Numbered from the stretch's first letter, positions 13,031 to 26,866 are shown. The stretch: DNA of 64,000 nucleotides from Octopus sinensis (GCF_006345805.1 NC_043000.1:108810001-108874000), one strand, 5' to 3'. Translations and numbers: made by a program. Notes: generated from the sequence alone by a model not told the origin.

Positions 13031-15039
13031 TGGTGCACTTGATTTTGTGAGTAAGTGCCTAATTGACAATTTGGATGAGCTGGGGTTTTCAGTAAAAGAA
13101 ATCAACCAAACTAACTCGCCCATTACAATGTGGAAGTGAAACAGTGAAAATATGAAAGACTTTTCTCAAATTTGAAATGAAACAGTTTCCAATGATGGAT
13201 CTTTGTATTTTTCTAAGAAACCAACTCCTTCCTCAGAGGAAAAATTGAAATTAGAAACAAAAGAGAACATACACACACACACACATGCGCGCGCAGAGTG
13301 CTGCTGACCGGACGGTATACACTATAGTAACATTATTGAAAATGGCTTGAACACCATTAATCCTTGTCTCAGGTCGACTAAAGCTCTGTGAGTGGAATTT
13401 AATAGTTGGAAATTTTGAAGAAGCCCTTTGGAAGGCCCCTTCCTGTTCTTTCATCCTTTTCCCGGCTTAACACTGATACTTGACATGTGGACGTCTTTAA
13501 TGGAGTCCAATCTGTTGCAAATTTTCGGGCGAAGTCCCCACTCTGAGGAGAAAATCTTATCGTATTTTAAACCAGTCTTGGCAGCTCTAAAAAAAACTAA
13601 TGATGCTGTCTTTCCTTCTTTGAAAAATCTGATGGATCAAATCTGACCTGGTGGACAACGACAATAACAACAATAACCACGGCATAGTTTTTGGCGGTAT
13701 GAGTAAATAAGAAATCCCTATTTTGCCGTAGTTTGACTAAAATAATAGAACAGCGAGGTTGCCTTTCAGTATTTACTTCACTCTGAATTCAAGACCCGTC
13801 TTTAGTTTCCGCGTCTCTGGCTCTAAATAATGATTTCAAAATTTTCCACAAGACCAACAGTTTTAGGGGAGGGGTATATCAATTTCATTAACCCGGTGTT
13901 CAACTGGTACTTATTTTACCAACTTCGAAAAGATGAAAGGTAAAGTCGACCTCGGCGGAATTTGAACTCAGAACGTAACGAACCAGATGAAACGCTGCTA
14001 AGCATTTGTCCGAGGATCTAACGGTTCTGCCAGCTCATCACCTCTTTTGGGTCTACATAATAAGTACCAAGTATTTACTGTATCAGAGTGAACTCGCTAC
14101 GACCCGTCTTCTACAAACATGAGGCCTTGTGCCGATCTGAGAAAGCATTATTATTTTAATATCGTATCTGTTGACTTTTGTAATGGATTAATTCACGGTG
14201 ATATGAAATTAATCTGTTTTAGAATTTGTTGAACAAACTTAAACGCTGCTGTTATCAGGGGTGATATGAATTACTTCTGAAACACCATTCTTCCAACACC
14301 AAATTTTAGGATTCTGTAATAGGTTATTCTATCTGTATATATTTGTTTTCACAATCTTTTTGCACCAAAAGTTATGACATCGTTAATTATTTAGCTGGTT
14401 TTCTCCATTTTGTTTTTATCGGGAAAGCTCTATATCGTGTGTTTTTTCCTCCAGCTCGCTTTCTAGTTTTAAATAGAAATCCCATAAAACGTTTGGATTT
14501 TCCTTTTTCTAATGTTTTTCTCATCATTCATGGTAAAATATTTAAATCTTTTTTTATCAGCGAAGGTAAAATCCATATATTTTGCGGAACTGTCAGTTCG
14601 AGATTGCAATATCTTTCCCCGTGTTTTAGACGGTTTAATGGAATATTTGAAGAGTAAGTAGAGAAGGTTATTTTGACAGCAAGCTAATTAGATAAGCTCA
14701 AGAGAGGATGCCACGAAGGGATTGAGGACGAAATCTGATTGCTCTAATCTATTTTGTCCTAATCTCTCAAGATGGAGAACTAATAAGTAACGACCATCTT
14801 ATTTCTTTCTCTCTCTCTCCCTTTATTATTCGGCACATTGGAGACATAAGGTATATAGAATATCAGCATCGCCTGCGATAGGAGAACAGGTTATAATACT
14901 AGTAGTAGTAGCAGTATTAGGGCATGCGCTGTAACAGCAGTCGTACATGTTTGGCAATGTTCCTGCAACTAAATGGTACCAGACGAAACGGACTCAAGTG
15001 TCACGAAAGAAGCAAACGAAATATCTAGAACAGAAATAT

Positions 15040-15330
15040 TCTTTTCTATTATAGACACAAGGCCTGAAATTTGGGGGAGGGGGAAGTTGATTACATCGAC
15101 CCCAGGACGGGCGAAATACCTATTTCTTTACTACCCACAAGGGACTAAACACAGAGAGGACAGACAAACGGATTAAGTCGATTATATCGACCCCAGTGCG
15201 TAACTGGTACATAATTTATCGACACCGAAAGGATGAAAGGCAAAGTCGACCTCGGTGGAATTTGAACTCAGAACGTAACGGCAGACGAAATACGGCGTGC
15301 TAACAATTCTGCCAGCTCGCCACCTTCCTA
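15040..15330 (-). mobile_element. SINE family A with a partial extra 3' module
   Basis: Head near 15325, first tail ending aaagaaataggtatttcg, then a restart into ctggggtcgatgtaatc and a second tail type (aatttcaggccttgtgtc). Confidence 0.75.
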
Positions 15331-16399
15331 GAATGGAAATATTGGAATACTGGAATTGGTTGCTTGTTTGATAATTCAGTTCACATCTTTTGTGAAGCAC
15401 GGCATTATTAAAATGAAGGAAGCATTGCAGTACGACAAATCAAGACTCGACAGAATTACATTGCATTTCTGTTCTACTTAACAGTATTCTTATACCACAG
15501 TGAAGGCGTATGACCTAATAGTTAAGGTGTTAGGCTCATAATTCTAAGGTCGTAGGTTCAATTCCTGGACTGAATGGCGCGGGGTATCCTTAAGTAAGGT
15601 ACTCCTTTTTTACGTTACTCCAGGGCATTCAGCTGAAAATGAGTACCAGAGGCAGTTAAGGTTAATCAAAATTTATAAAATGTAATACAGTTCATAACAA
15701 AACGTGGCCTAGTGTTTAGGGGATTTGGATCACCATCATAAGGTGGTGAACCGACAGCCGGACCGGGTGTCTACTCCGCTGAAATGAGTACCAGTAGCAT
15801 CCAGGGGTTAATCTTGCGGCGGACTGGGAGTTTGCTCTCTCGGTCACTTAAACGTTATGGAAACTGGAACGAACTGCATCTTAATGGGTTGCGAGTCTCG
15901 AAACAGGCGTTAACTTTATTCTATATCGTACTCTACATTACATGTATATGCAGTACTATGTATTACGTATCTATATGTTGTTGTTCGTTCCTTCCTTCTC
16001 CAGCCATGCCTGGCTCATAAGGGCCGGTTTCCCGGTTTCATTGGCGTATAGGTTCCCTACCTGGACGAGATGTCGGTCCGTCGCAGCGTATCTATATGGT
16101 ACTCTATATTAAATGTTTATATTGTACTCAATATTACATGTCTATTCTACTGATGTACTTTATACCACACAGCATTTATTCAAATTCGAGCCACAAATAT
16201 GAAGAACGAAAAGTTGTTTAAACTACAATCAGTATTTGACCAACACGTATATTATTAAACCCTGTGTGATCTAGAATTAGAAGTCAAACCTGGCAGGATT
16301 TGAACTCAGAGCATAAACCGAAATAAGTACCGCAACACACCTTGTTCAGCCTATTCTGATTTTGCTATTAAGGTCCCTTCTAATATTAATTTAAATTTT

Positions 16400-16790
16400 A
16401 TCACAAGGCCAGCAATTTCGGGAGAGAGGGCTAATCGATTACATCAACCCCACTGATCAACTGATATTTATTTTATCGACCTCGGAAGGACGGAAAGCGA
16501 AGATGACCTCAGTGGAATTTGAACTCAGAACGACGAAATGCTGCTAAGCATTGTGCTCGGTAACGATTTTGCTAGCTCGCCACCTTGATTCCTTCTTATA
16601 TTGGCTTCAAATTTTGGTACAAGGACAAAGCCAGCCGCGGCGGAATTTGAACTCAGATTTTGCCTTTCATTCTTTCGGGATCGACAAAATAAGTACCAGT
16701 TGAACACTGGGGGTCGATGTAATCGACTCATCCCCACCTGCCTGAAATTGCTGGCCTTGTGCTGACATTTGAAGCCAATATTTAGCACAC
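16400..16790. mobile_element. Cluster of diverged SINE family A fragments
   Basis: Recognisable gcggaatttgaactcaga, gcctttcattctttcgggatcgacaaaataagtaccag and aaattgctggccttgtgc blocks in both orientations. Confidence 0.7.
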
Positions 16791-18292
16791 TGGAAGACAT
16801 AATCAATTCACCCCCTGAATTTAAAGAAGGAAACCGAGAAAGAAGAAACAATATAATGTATTCCTTGAAGCACTTTATTGTCCCATGACTCCTGTGGACT
16901 CCTGAGGACTCTCGTGGACTCTCTTCTTGTCAACGTTAGATGAAGGTTTTGCAATTTCTTGCTGAACAATAACACAAATGATTTTTTTTTTTTTTAGTGT
17001 TCAAATGTTTGTGTTGTGCATTAGCTCTTAGCTCACTCCGGCCATTATAAGTCGTCGTTGATGTTCCACTCGTCAGATGTCGAAGTGATCGCAGAACAAC
17101 GCGAGATGGAATGTTTTGCTCAAGAACACAACACACTACCCGGTTCGGGAATCGAAACCAACATCTCACGATTGAAAATGCAACATCATAACCACTATGT
17201 CACGTGTCCTCATGTCCACACCTATTAATTACATGATAGACTTGATGTCCTGATCCTTAAGTTAAACAGAATTTAGTGTCTAATACATCTCACCTCATTC
17301 ATCATAGGGGTTTGGTAAGAAGAGAAAAGCGAGGGACAAATGAATCACCCGCAGACATTTTGTGAATGGAATGAATGCTAGATTCTTTGACATCCAACTT
17401 ATGGTTCATAGCAGTGAAACGTCCATTGTCACGCATTTTCGTGATCATTCCTACCTTTTATGTAGAGATGCGACGTTTGTAAGGCTGAGGCGCCATCGTA
17501 ATTTTCTGTTCACTAGCCCCATGTTGATGGGTACGAGTATGTAAACCCGTATAAAAAATACGCAGCCGTACAATATGGTCTCGTAAACACAGGTGATAGT
17601 GAATTCTGGGGAGACGAACATTGTGGGCGGTTGCGTGGCGGATGGTTTGCGGTCCAAGCAAAATCTTCGGCTGATCGTCAACCTATGTCATCACAAATCA
17701 ATCCTAGAAAAGTATAGTATGCCTTACAATTAAGTGTAACGAGTTTTCCAAATCATTGATGAATAAATCAATGATAAACAAGGCTACGTGTATAATGTTA
17801 AACGATCTTTTATAGGATTTTAATAAAGCGATGAGTGGCCAAGCAGAGAAAATAACCAGTATCTTATGGTGTTTAGTTTTGCTTTTCTATGTCTGTGAGG
17901 CAGAATCTTTTTTGGACCTGAGTGGGTAGAACACTCGAAGTTCAATATAATAAAAACCTACCAGTAATATACTCGAATCCATACTGTATATTTTAACGCT
18001 TTCATTTACAAAATAGATTTCTTACGTTGGCATGTGGCTACAGAGTTGTAAGAAAGGAATAGAATTGATTAAATCAATCAACAGTATAAAACTGATGTGT
18101 TTTATTTCCCAAAGATAGTGTAAGTCAAAGGTAGCCTAGGCGGAATTCGAACGCGCTGTATATAGGAGCGAAATTAGAATCTAAAAAACATTTCGACACA
18201 TTTAACATTATCGTAGTTATATAATATATTATAAATAACCATGTCATAATATATTGTAAAGTTTCGACATAAACACACACACGTATGTAAGT

Positions 18293-18322
<30 letters not shown>

Positions 18323-18324
<2 letters not shown>

Positions 18325-18702
18325 CTAGCAGTATCGCCCGGCGTTGCTCAGGTTTGTAAGGGAAATAACTATAAAGCATTTTTAGAGAGTTATAGCCAAA
18401 AAATAGCAAAAAAATGGAAAAAATGATGGTAAATTTTTTTTTGAGATTTAAAAAAGGTAGAGTTGCGTCCCCTAGACAGTTTGTGGTTCGTATTCCTGAT
18501 TCTCGACCCCATGTCGAATTTATCGATTTTTTTCAGAACTGGGGGAACTTTTCAAAATTTTCGCTGCGTTAGTTTTGAATTATGACATTGGGCTATGTGT
18601 GTGTCAAGTTTCATCAGAATCGGTTGAAAGCCGTGGTCAGGGTGAGGGTACAAGCAAACAGACACACAGAAACACGCACAGACAAACTGCCGTTTATATA
18701 GA
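18323..18702 (+). mobile_element. Helentron-associated non-autonomous element (HINE/DINE-1-like)
   Basis: Begins TACTAGCAGTATCGCCCGGCGTTGC after (TA)n and ends caagtttcatcagaatcgg...acagacaaactgccgtttatatag, the architecture I recall for HINE-type Helitron derivatives. Confidence 0.6.
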
Positions 18703-18990
18703 TATATATAGATATATATATATATATATATATACATACACACCTACAGATACGTATATACAGACATATACATCAAACACATGCATAAACACATAATAGC
18801 AATTTTTTTTCTTTCATTATTACTCTTTGTCTCAGTCAGTAACTACTCGAAAAAAGGCTCTTGGGATGAAGTAAATTCATCTTTCAGACACTGCGAGACT
18901 CCAATTATTGCGCAAATCATAACACTTTAGATTACTGAATGCTATAGCTTATACTTGTAATTGCAACGTATACGTTAGTAGTAGGTGGAA

Positions 18991-19021
<31 letters not shown>

Positions 19022-19169
19022 TATGTATGTATGTATGTATGTATGTATGTATGTATGTATGTATGTATGTATGTATGTATGTATGTGTGTATGTGTGCAT
19101 GTATGTGTGTATGTGTGTATGTGTGTGTGTATGTGTGTATGTATGTATGTAATAAACTAATAAATAAAT

Positions 19170-19650
19170 AAAACATATGCATATATACATACATATATGT
19201 ACGTACCTACCTCTACATGTACATATACATGCATATATGAGTACAGGACACCAAAAAAACGTCGAACACAATGAGAAACGAAAACATAAACACAAAACCA
19301 AGGAAATGGACATTTTCTTAAACAACGAAAAAATAGAGTACAGGACATACAAAACAAGGAAAATTCCTCTTCTTCAGTCGCCTTTGTTTCATCTACTCCA
19401 CGTTTCGAAGGTCAAGGCGATACATGACTTCAATGAAAATTTCCTTCCCGCGAAAATCAAATTAAATAAAATTTGAGATTATTTTGCGGAGGGGTAAAAA
19501 TGGTAACAAAACCAGGACAGTAACGACAGTACAAAATATAAACAGTAAAAGACAGGACAAGGAGAATAACAGTAACACAAACAAGAAGGGCAGTTAAGCC
19601 GAACGAGATAAAATAATACGAACGGTATTTTTGAGAACGGCGGAGGAGCA
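19170..19650. mobile_element. Interspersed repeat, probable Penelope-derived non-autonomous element
   Basis: Highly similar to 54716-55085 and partly to 19978-20088; contains ccacgtttcgaaggtcaaggcgatacatgacttca, a degenerate GAAACGT hammerhead-like end on the minus strand. Confidence 0.6.
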
Positions 19651-19788
19651 ACAGAAAGTGCCGTCTCTACTTGAAGACAGCCAGGAAAGAAAGACTGTAG
19701 CAGAGCTCTCGTCGCGGGTCAACGACGGGAGGGAGGAGGAGGAGTAAGAGAAAGGGAGAGAGAAAAAGGGAATGGTTGTAGAGAAAAG

Positions 19789-19833
<45 letters not shown>

Positions 19834-20087
19834 AAGAGACAGTAAGGTAGAAGAAAAGGAAAGCCAAAAGAATGAAGGCTGAGAAAGGGAGTGGGAGAGA
19901 AAGGTTAAGAGTGCGCATCATTATTAATATTAAGAACAATTTTACTTAGAAATGGATGCGTGCGTTCCGTCATATAATAAATTAATAAATAAATAAAACA
20001 TATGCATATATACATACATATATGTACGTACCTACCTCTACATGTATATATACATGCATATATGGGTACAGGACACCAAAAAAACGT

Positions 20088-20999
20088 CTTTCAGTAAAAG
20101 TTAATATAATCCAAACTAATTAAAAAGCAGCTTTCTTTATTATAGTTTAGATATATAATTTCATGTTCAATTTTATTGCACTCACATTCACTCATTCTGT
20201 AACCCTACATTCTCTCAGGGCTAGTAACGCAGTATTCAGCGTTCTAACAACATATCAAGCTCAGTTGGACACACACACACACACACACACACATTTCTGC
20301 ATTAAGGCTACCGTTAGTTTCATGTTATGAAAATATCTTAAAATCTTAACAACTTTTCAAACCGGTCACATGGAGAAATGGTGTTTGTCTCCATTTTGGA
20401 TTAAAACACGAATACTCCAATGTTTCTCCCAATTCATATGCTAGGATCGAAAACGACATTAAAATACATTTTATGCTGGTATGAGAGAATGAAGAGCATT
20501 CCTATGGAGGACATATGGTACAATGAGCATTACACGGAAGGGAAATCGAAAAAATGTCAATTCATAACCACTCTGGTCGCAACCGTTTTATTTTGTTTCA
20601 CACCTTTGAATATACTAGTAGAAAGACCGCACTCCAGGCAGTTTTCTGTTAGTCGCTTAAAAACATTTACACAACCGATTCCCAATTAGTATAATTTTTG
20701 CGACATGTTTCGCCTGACTTTTCTTTGTATGTGTTTGTTATTCTTTATTACACTACAAAACAGCAGTGCAAGGTAATAAAAGATTCTTGAAAACCACATT
20801 TTGATGAAAATATATTAAAATTGGAATTTATAAGAGTTTTCTAGTCAGTGTAGACTGTAATATCTGCTTTCTTTCAGTAAAAGTTAACACAATCCAAACT
20901 AATTAATAAGCAGCTTTCTTTATTATAGTTTAGATATATAATTTCATGTTCAATTTTATTGTACTCACATTCACTCATTCTTTAACCCTTCATTCTCTC
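20088..20999. repeat. 129-bp direct repeats (20088-20216 and 20871-20999) enclosing about 650 bp
   Basis: ctttcagtaaaagttaa...cattctctc occurs twice with a few substitutions. Confidence 0.85.
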
Positions 21000-21384
21000 C
21001 TCCCCAATATCTATCACCTTAATCGCACTGTTTGTGTTTGTATATGCCAAAACATAAATATGTGTATGTGTAGGCAAATGCAGGAAATTAAACACGAATA
21101 AATTTCCGAGTGTGGGCCTAAAGTGTCTACTCTTTCTCCCTAATAGTCTTTGTCTCTCTGTCAGACAAACATGTGTGTCTTTATCGTAAATAAACTGCAG
21201 TGTCTGCATACGCGTATCTGTGTGTGTGTATGTGTGCATGCATTCTTGTGAGTCAGTCTGTGGAAGAGAGAAGTATTTCGTGTGTGTGCATGAGTTAGGA
21301 AGAGCGATGCAAAATCATAAATGTTTCAAGTTCACATACATACACACAAACATACATACACACACACACATATACATACATACA

Positions 21385-21418
<34 letters not shown>

Positions 21419-22007
21419 AATGCATACATAACTGCATACATACATACATAAATGCATGCATGCATGCATTCAAACATATATGATATATGCATACATATAT
21501 GTGTATGTATATTATTATACATATATATACACATATACATTTGTAAATTTGTATACACACACACATATATGTAAAAGCATATATATATATATATATATCT
21601 TACATATATACATTATATATATACACACAACGTATAAAATAATATATTGTGTATATATATCAGTGTGTCCCTGTGTTATGTATGTGTGTACGTTTGTGAG
21701 TATACTTACATACACATATACATAACTATATATACATGTATGTTTATATGCTTGAATGTACACGTAAACACATACATATACTTACGTATAGAAACAGGAG
21801 CATACGTAAACAAACGTGTGCGCGCAAACACACACATACACACACACTTATTTACATCCGACAAATATAAAACATCTGCCAACGACATGGCAGATAAACA
21901 CCATAAACAATGCGAGAAAATGAAGTCTGCAAGTTTACTGTTCGGCCATCCTCGTACTCCTCCGCACACCTTCCTCCACTGTTCACCACCACGCACCTGC
22001 ATGTACA

Positions 22008-22063
<56 letters not shown>

Positions 22064-22264
22064 CGTGATGGACAGAGATATATAAACAAACATATTATAT
22101 ACATATGCACATGAATATGTTATGTAAGTATGTATATATGTGTGTGTTTGTGTGCATGTATGTATATAATCCTGCACATTCCTAAATACATACATATATA
22201 TATACTTTATTTAAAGCAGCAGAAAATTCAACAAAACCTGTTACTCTGAGTTAAATATAACTTT

Positions 22265-23426
<1,162 letters not shown>

Positions 23427-23530
23427 TTAGTATTACTTAAACTTTCCTCGAATGAGGCTTTTACATGCCGAAATCTACTTGGTGAAATTAATGATTATTC
23501 CAAATTAATTAATTTCACCCTATATTATTA

Positions 23531-23588
<58 letters not shown>

Positions 23589-23589
23589 A

Positions 23590-23730
23590 CAAATAAGAAA
23601 ATGGAGGAACAAATTCATTTCGATCATCAACTTACGGATATTCCAATTTGTATAACTAATAAATAATATGAAATTGGAATATCCGTAAGTTGATGATCGA
23701 AATGAATTTGTTCCTCCATTTTCTTATTTG
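23590..23730. repeat. 60-bp-arm hairpin
   Basis: caaataagaaaatggaggaac...tccaattt and aaattgga...cttatttg with a 21-nt loop. Confidence 0.9.
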
Positions 23731-23906
23731 AATTATGAATTTACGGTAAAATATTTTACCTTCACCCATCCAATACAATAAATGAATTAATTGCATTGCA
23801 ATTATAAGCATTTATGTATTTAGTATTTGGGTGCTTCACCAGCAGTATATTGGATAACTGATATCCCATAGTGGGTTACCACCCTCATAACCGCTATCTT
23901 ACTTTG

Positions 23907-23981
<75 letters not shown>

Positions 23982-24156
23982 CATATATATAACTTTATAG
24001 AAATAAGGATAATATTGTTATTTAAATAACGAACTTATCAAGTAGCCAGCATGGGAATAAAAACCTTCAAAGGTAATAATTATTATTAAAATTATAATTT
24101 AGGGTATATACAAATATAGTATTATTGGACGCTCAGGAAGGAAGGGAAGAAGGAGG

Positions 24157-24191
24157 GTTTAACGTTTCGAGCGGAGCTCTTCGTCAGAAAC
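24157..24191 (-). ncRNA. Minimal type-I hammerhead ribozyme (Penelope-associated)
   Basis: Minus strand reads GUUU CUGACGA A GAGC UCC GCUC GAA ACGU U AAAC: intact CUGANGA and GAAA cores, 4-bp stem II, palindromic ACGU stem III, GUU cleavage triplet and GUUU/AAAC stem I. Confidence 0.75.
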
Positions 24192-24858
24192 AAAGGAAAA
24201 GGAAAGATCCAGAGAAGGGAAGACGGAGGAAAAAAATCGCCAATGGTACACACGCGGTCACATACATACATACATACATACATACATACATTAGTGGGTG
24301 GTTGTGTATTCATGTATACCTTTATATTTCGTATATGTTTTTTTTAAAACAGTTCTTCCTAAAAAAGTTTTTGAAGGTCGTAATAACCATGTTTCTGTAA
24401 TAAGTATGTAATAATTTATTTTATCAAGGTCAGTATCCGCTCTAAGCCAATAAAAAAAAATTATCTACAAAATGCATCTATTTTTTATGCTATGATATAG
24501 TTTTTTTTATAATAAATAAGCGACAAAACGGATCCTTGGGGACCCCCTAACTTGTGCAGAAATATCAAGATAACGACGACAGAAACTGCTCTTCTTTCAC
24601 ACTGGAAATAGTAGCCAAAACTTGACTCTAAAACTACATTAAATGTTCATACAGTGTATATATATATATATATATATACCTAGAGAAAATACTATACCGG
24701 ATAACACTCGAGAAATATGGAAACACCTTCGCCACCTATATCCATAACAACTGGAAAAGATACCTCGATGACTGTTTCATCATCTGGGACAAAGGTATAG
24801 AGAAACTTGAGGAATTTAAATACTATTAAATGGAATAAATGACAATATACAATTCACG

Positions 24859-25833
24859 ATGGACCACAACGAAAAAGAATTACCATTTTTAGACATCCTC
24901 ATTAAGAAAACCGGCAACAAAATAGAGACAGATATCTACTATAAACCGACAGACTCTAAACAGTACCTACCCTTTGATTCATGCCACCCACGACACACTA
25001 GAATGAATGTCCCTTTTTGTTTAGCTAGAAGGATTTGCACCATAATATCAGACACAAACACCCGACACACACGTCTCCAGGAACTTAGAACCACACTCAC
25101 AAATAGAAACTATCCACAGCCCCTAATAGACAGTGCAATCCAACGGGTACTTAAATTAAGTATAGAAGACCTGAGACAAACAAAACCAAAAAAGAAAGAA
25201 CAATTAAAAACCCTTCCCTACATCTCTACACACAACCCACTCAACAATGAGGCCTTCAACACCATACTACAAAGCACAGCCCTACTAAAGGGAGACCCAA
25301 AGATGAACCGGATCCTCGAAACACACACCATCATTAAAAGTAAACGGCAACCAAAATCCTTGAAAAGGATTTTAACCCAAGCTACACTGCACTCAACATC
25401 AACCACAAAACCAGCAGTTAGAAAATGTGGAAGGCCCAACTGCGGAATCTGTGTCATCTTGAAAGAAGGATCAGAATTCATACTGGAACAAGGCCACCAG
25501 TTCACCATTAGAACAAACTTCACCTGCGCATCAGAAAACTTAATTTACGTCATAACATGCGCAGGCTGCAATAGGCAGTATATAGGCCATACAAAAAATA
25601 GCTTACGTAACAGGATGGCGGTGCATAAATCACAAATTAGAAACCCTGATTACCGCAAAATACCGGTCAGCGGACACATAGATAGATGTGCTGGAAATGT
25701 AAATCCAAAATTTACAACTAACCCGCTCTATAAATTCAGTGACAACGCAACCTTCACACAACGCCAAAATAAAGAACTATATTTCATAAAAAAATTTAGA
25801 CCAAGTTTAAACACCCTGGGTCAGGAATACTAA
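24859..25833 (+). CDS. Penelope RT thumb + GIY-YIG endonuclease (324 aa, truncated pol; frameshift just upstream)
   Basis: ORF track translation with the motifs listed for the element. Confidence 0.85.
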   Translation: MDHNEKELPFLDILIKKTGNKIETDIYYKPTDSKQYLPFDSCHPRHTRMNVPFCLARRICTIISDTNTRHTRLQELRTTLTNRNYPQPLIDSAIQRVLKLSIEDLRQTKPKKKEQLKTLPYISTHNPLNNEAFNTILQSTALLKGDPKMNRILETHTIIKSKRQPKSLKRILTQATLHSTSTTKPAVRKCGRPNCGICVILKEGSEFILEQGHQFTIRTNFTCASENLIYVITCAGCNRQYIGHTKNSLRNRMAVHKSQIRNPDYRKIPVSGHIDRCAGNVNPKFTTNPLYKFSDNATFTQRQNKELYFIKKFRPSLNTLGQEY

Positions 25834-26002
25834 AACAAAAGATAAGCCCTCCGAAAAGGAGAAGCAAAATTCCACCACGGCCGCTACCTTAAACAGACAC
25901 TCGCACTGACGGAAATATGCCTTAGTAAAAAAGGGAAAAAAATTCTTTCGTGCAAATCTGACCCTGATACATACGATACAGCTAAGGGTCATACCCGATT
26001 CT

Positions 26003-26375
26003 GATTGGTCAACAAGTTGATGACGTCTAGTTCTGCTAGAATGGACAGGATACAAACAGGGGACAGTCATTAGTCAGAATATTGATGACGTCCTTTTCTG
26101 CTTGACTAGTCACCTAACAAGTACAGACAGGGGACAGATCTAATGTAGCTATAAGTCATGATTGGGCAGAATCTGGATGACGTCCCGTTCTGCTTGACTA
26201 ACGAAGCGACTGGTCAAAACAGGAAACAGACAAGAGGCAGTTATAATACAGCGATTGGTCAAAATGATGATGACGTCCCGATCTGCTTGACTAAAGCCAC
26301 CTAACGAAACGATTGGTCAAAACGTTGATGACGTCACGCTACGCTGGACTGACCACCTAACAGGCATTATAAAAC
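26003..26375 (+). promoter_or_regulatory. Putative Pol II promoter of the Penelope terminal repeat: 5x (ATTGG-N12-TGACGTC) + TATAAAA
   Basis: ATT(G/A)G at 26004, 26069, 26161, 26254 and 26312, each followed 17 nt later by TGACGTC; TATAAAA at 26368-26374. Confidence 0.6.
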
Positions 26376-26803
26376 CGAGCAATTCACAAGACTCACTAGA
26401 ACCACCCAGCGAACACCCACCATGGGTCATCACAATTGCTTAAGGTAAAAATGAATTCCTCGCTCTTTCGGAAACATCAATCTTCTGTATTGACTGCTTT
26501 CCACCACTTTGATCTGTTTTTTGTATTGAATACGTATCGCCACCGTGGGCCACTGCATCGAACACTTTGAACATATAGCATGAATGAACTTACTTCAAAC
26601 TATATATCAACTATACATGAACTCTAAGATGTCTGACTCCGTTGTGTATTATAAATGAATTTCTTGTGTTTGACGGCATGAGCTGTCTTTTTTTATATAT
26701 AACTTTTTTTGATAAGGTTCATTTCAGGAACTGAAACATGTTATAATGTATATATAAAATTAAAAATTGTATAATATAGCAGCATTTTCGAACTTCATTT
26801 TTT

Positions 26804-26866
<63 letters not shown>

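Larger units (their letters stand above)
24680..26760 (+). mobile_element. Penelope-like element, 5'-truncated: RT C-terminus + GIY-YIG endonuclease + 3' terminal repeat
   Basis: WKRYLDDCFIIW at about 24755-24790, then ORF 24859-25833 with ELPFLDILI, DIYYKPTDSKQYL, CGRPNCGIC and NLIYVITCAGCNRQYIGHT..L..RM..H; flanked by (TA)n on both sides. Confidence 0.92.

Noticed and set aside
14340-14660. Tc1-like remnant on the minus strand (DFTFADKKRFKYF)
   Set aside because: Too degenerate; no TIRs or further catalytic motifs found.
17451-17681. GPCR TM7/helix-8-like minus-strand peptide (VPINMGLVNRKLR)
   Set aside because: The NPxxY motif is not conserved and no upstream TM helices are present; likely chance.
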